Shown one piece after another: positions 63,914 through 64,000 of a stretch of DNA of 64,000 nt. The stretch comes from Leucoraja ocellata (Eukaryota), in contig JAWMAR010000283.1 in the NCBI GenBank assembly GCA_036785375.1, positions 62,001-126,000 of the forward strand. Reading direction: 5' to 3'. Each line of letters starts with the position of its first letter. Position 1 is the first letter of the stretch. The notes below the pieces were generated by a model. It did not search any database and was not told the DNA's origin. It saw only the letters and a program-made list of their open reading frames with translations. A program made the position numbers and the translations under genes.

Positions 63914-64000
63914 CAGCGGGCCGAATTCCCATATGTTGCTGGCCATCCAATACAAAGCTTCCCATTGGTTGGCCTTCTGGACTGTACGCCGCTCCTTGGC
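63914..64000 (-). CDS. MEIS2: MEIS2 post-homeodomain exon (partial, runs off the window)
   Basis: [28 protein letters not shown](G), donor G|GTAAGC at 63913. AAYSPEG and GSFVLDG point to MEIS2 rather than MEIS1. Confidence 0.97.

Overview
Vertebrate (not prokaryotic) genomic DNA, most likely an elasmobranch such as a skate or ray, judged from HE1-like V-SINEs and CR1/HER1-like LINEs. The window spans the tail-to-tail junction of two genes. On the + strand, about 33 kb of the last intron and the final coding exon of CDIN1/C15orf41 (33382-33535; absent from the ORF track). On the - strand, the last three exons of the TALE homeobox gene MEIS2: a partial exon at 63914-64000, a 96-nt cassette exon at 63513-63608 giving the short ...GQWHYM tail, and a terminal exon from 61240 giving the long ...MDIHAQ tail. 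The rest is non-coding. It holds candidate conserved enhancers rich in PBX-HOX, MEIS and RFX motifs, a CpG-retaining domain with a strong CTCF site below the MEIS2 3' end, and many transposon remnants (V-SINE, CR1, L1, Rex1/Babar, RTE, Penelope-like with a hammerhead-ribozyme core, Helitron, PIF/Harbinger). Most ORF-track ORFs are spurious or TE-derived. I see no wholly new protein-coding system. The best leads are regulatory: an RBFOX/NMD/miR-204 logic around the MEIS2 C-terminal switch, a Helitron carrying a TALE+NF-Y composite site and a 47-bp array, a Polycomb-type CpG domain, and a minimal hammerhead motif. Family assignments are by recognition, without database searches.
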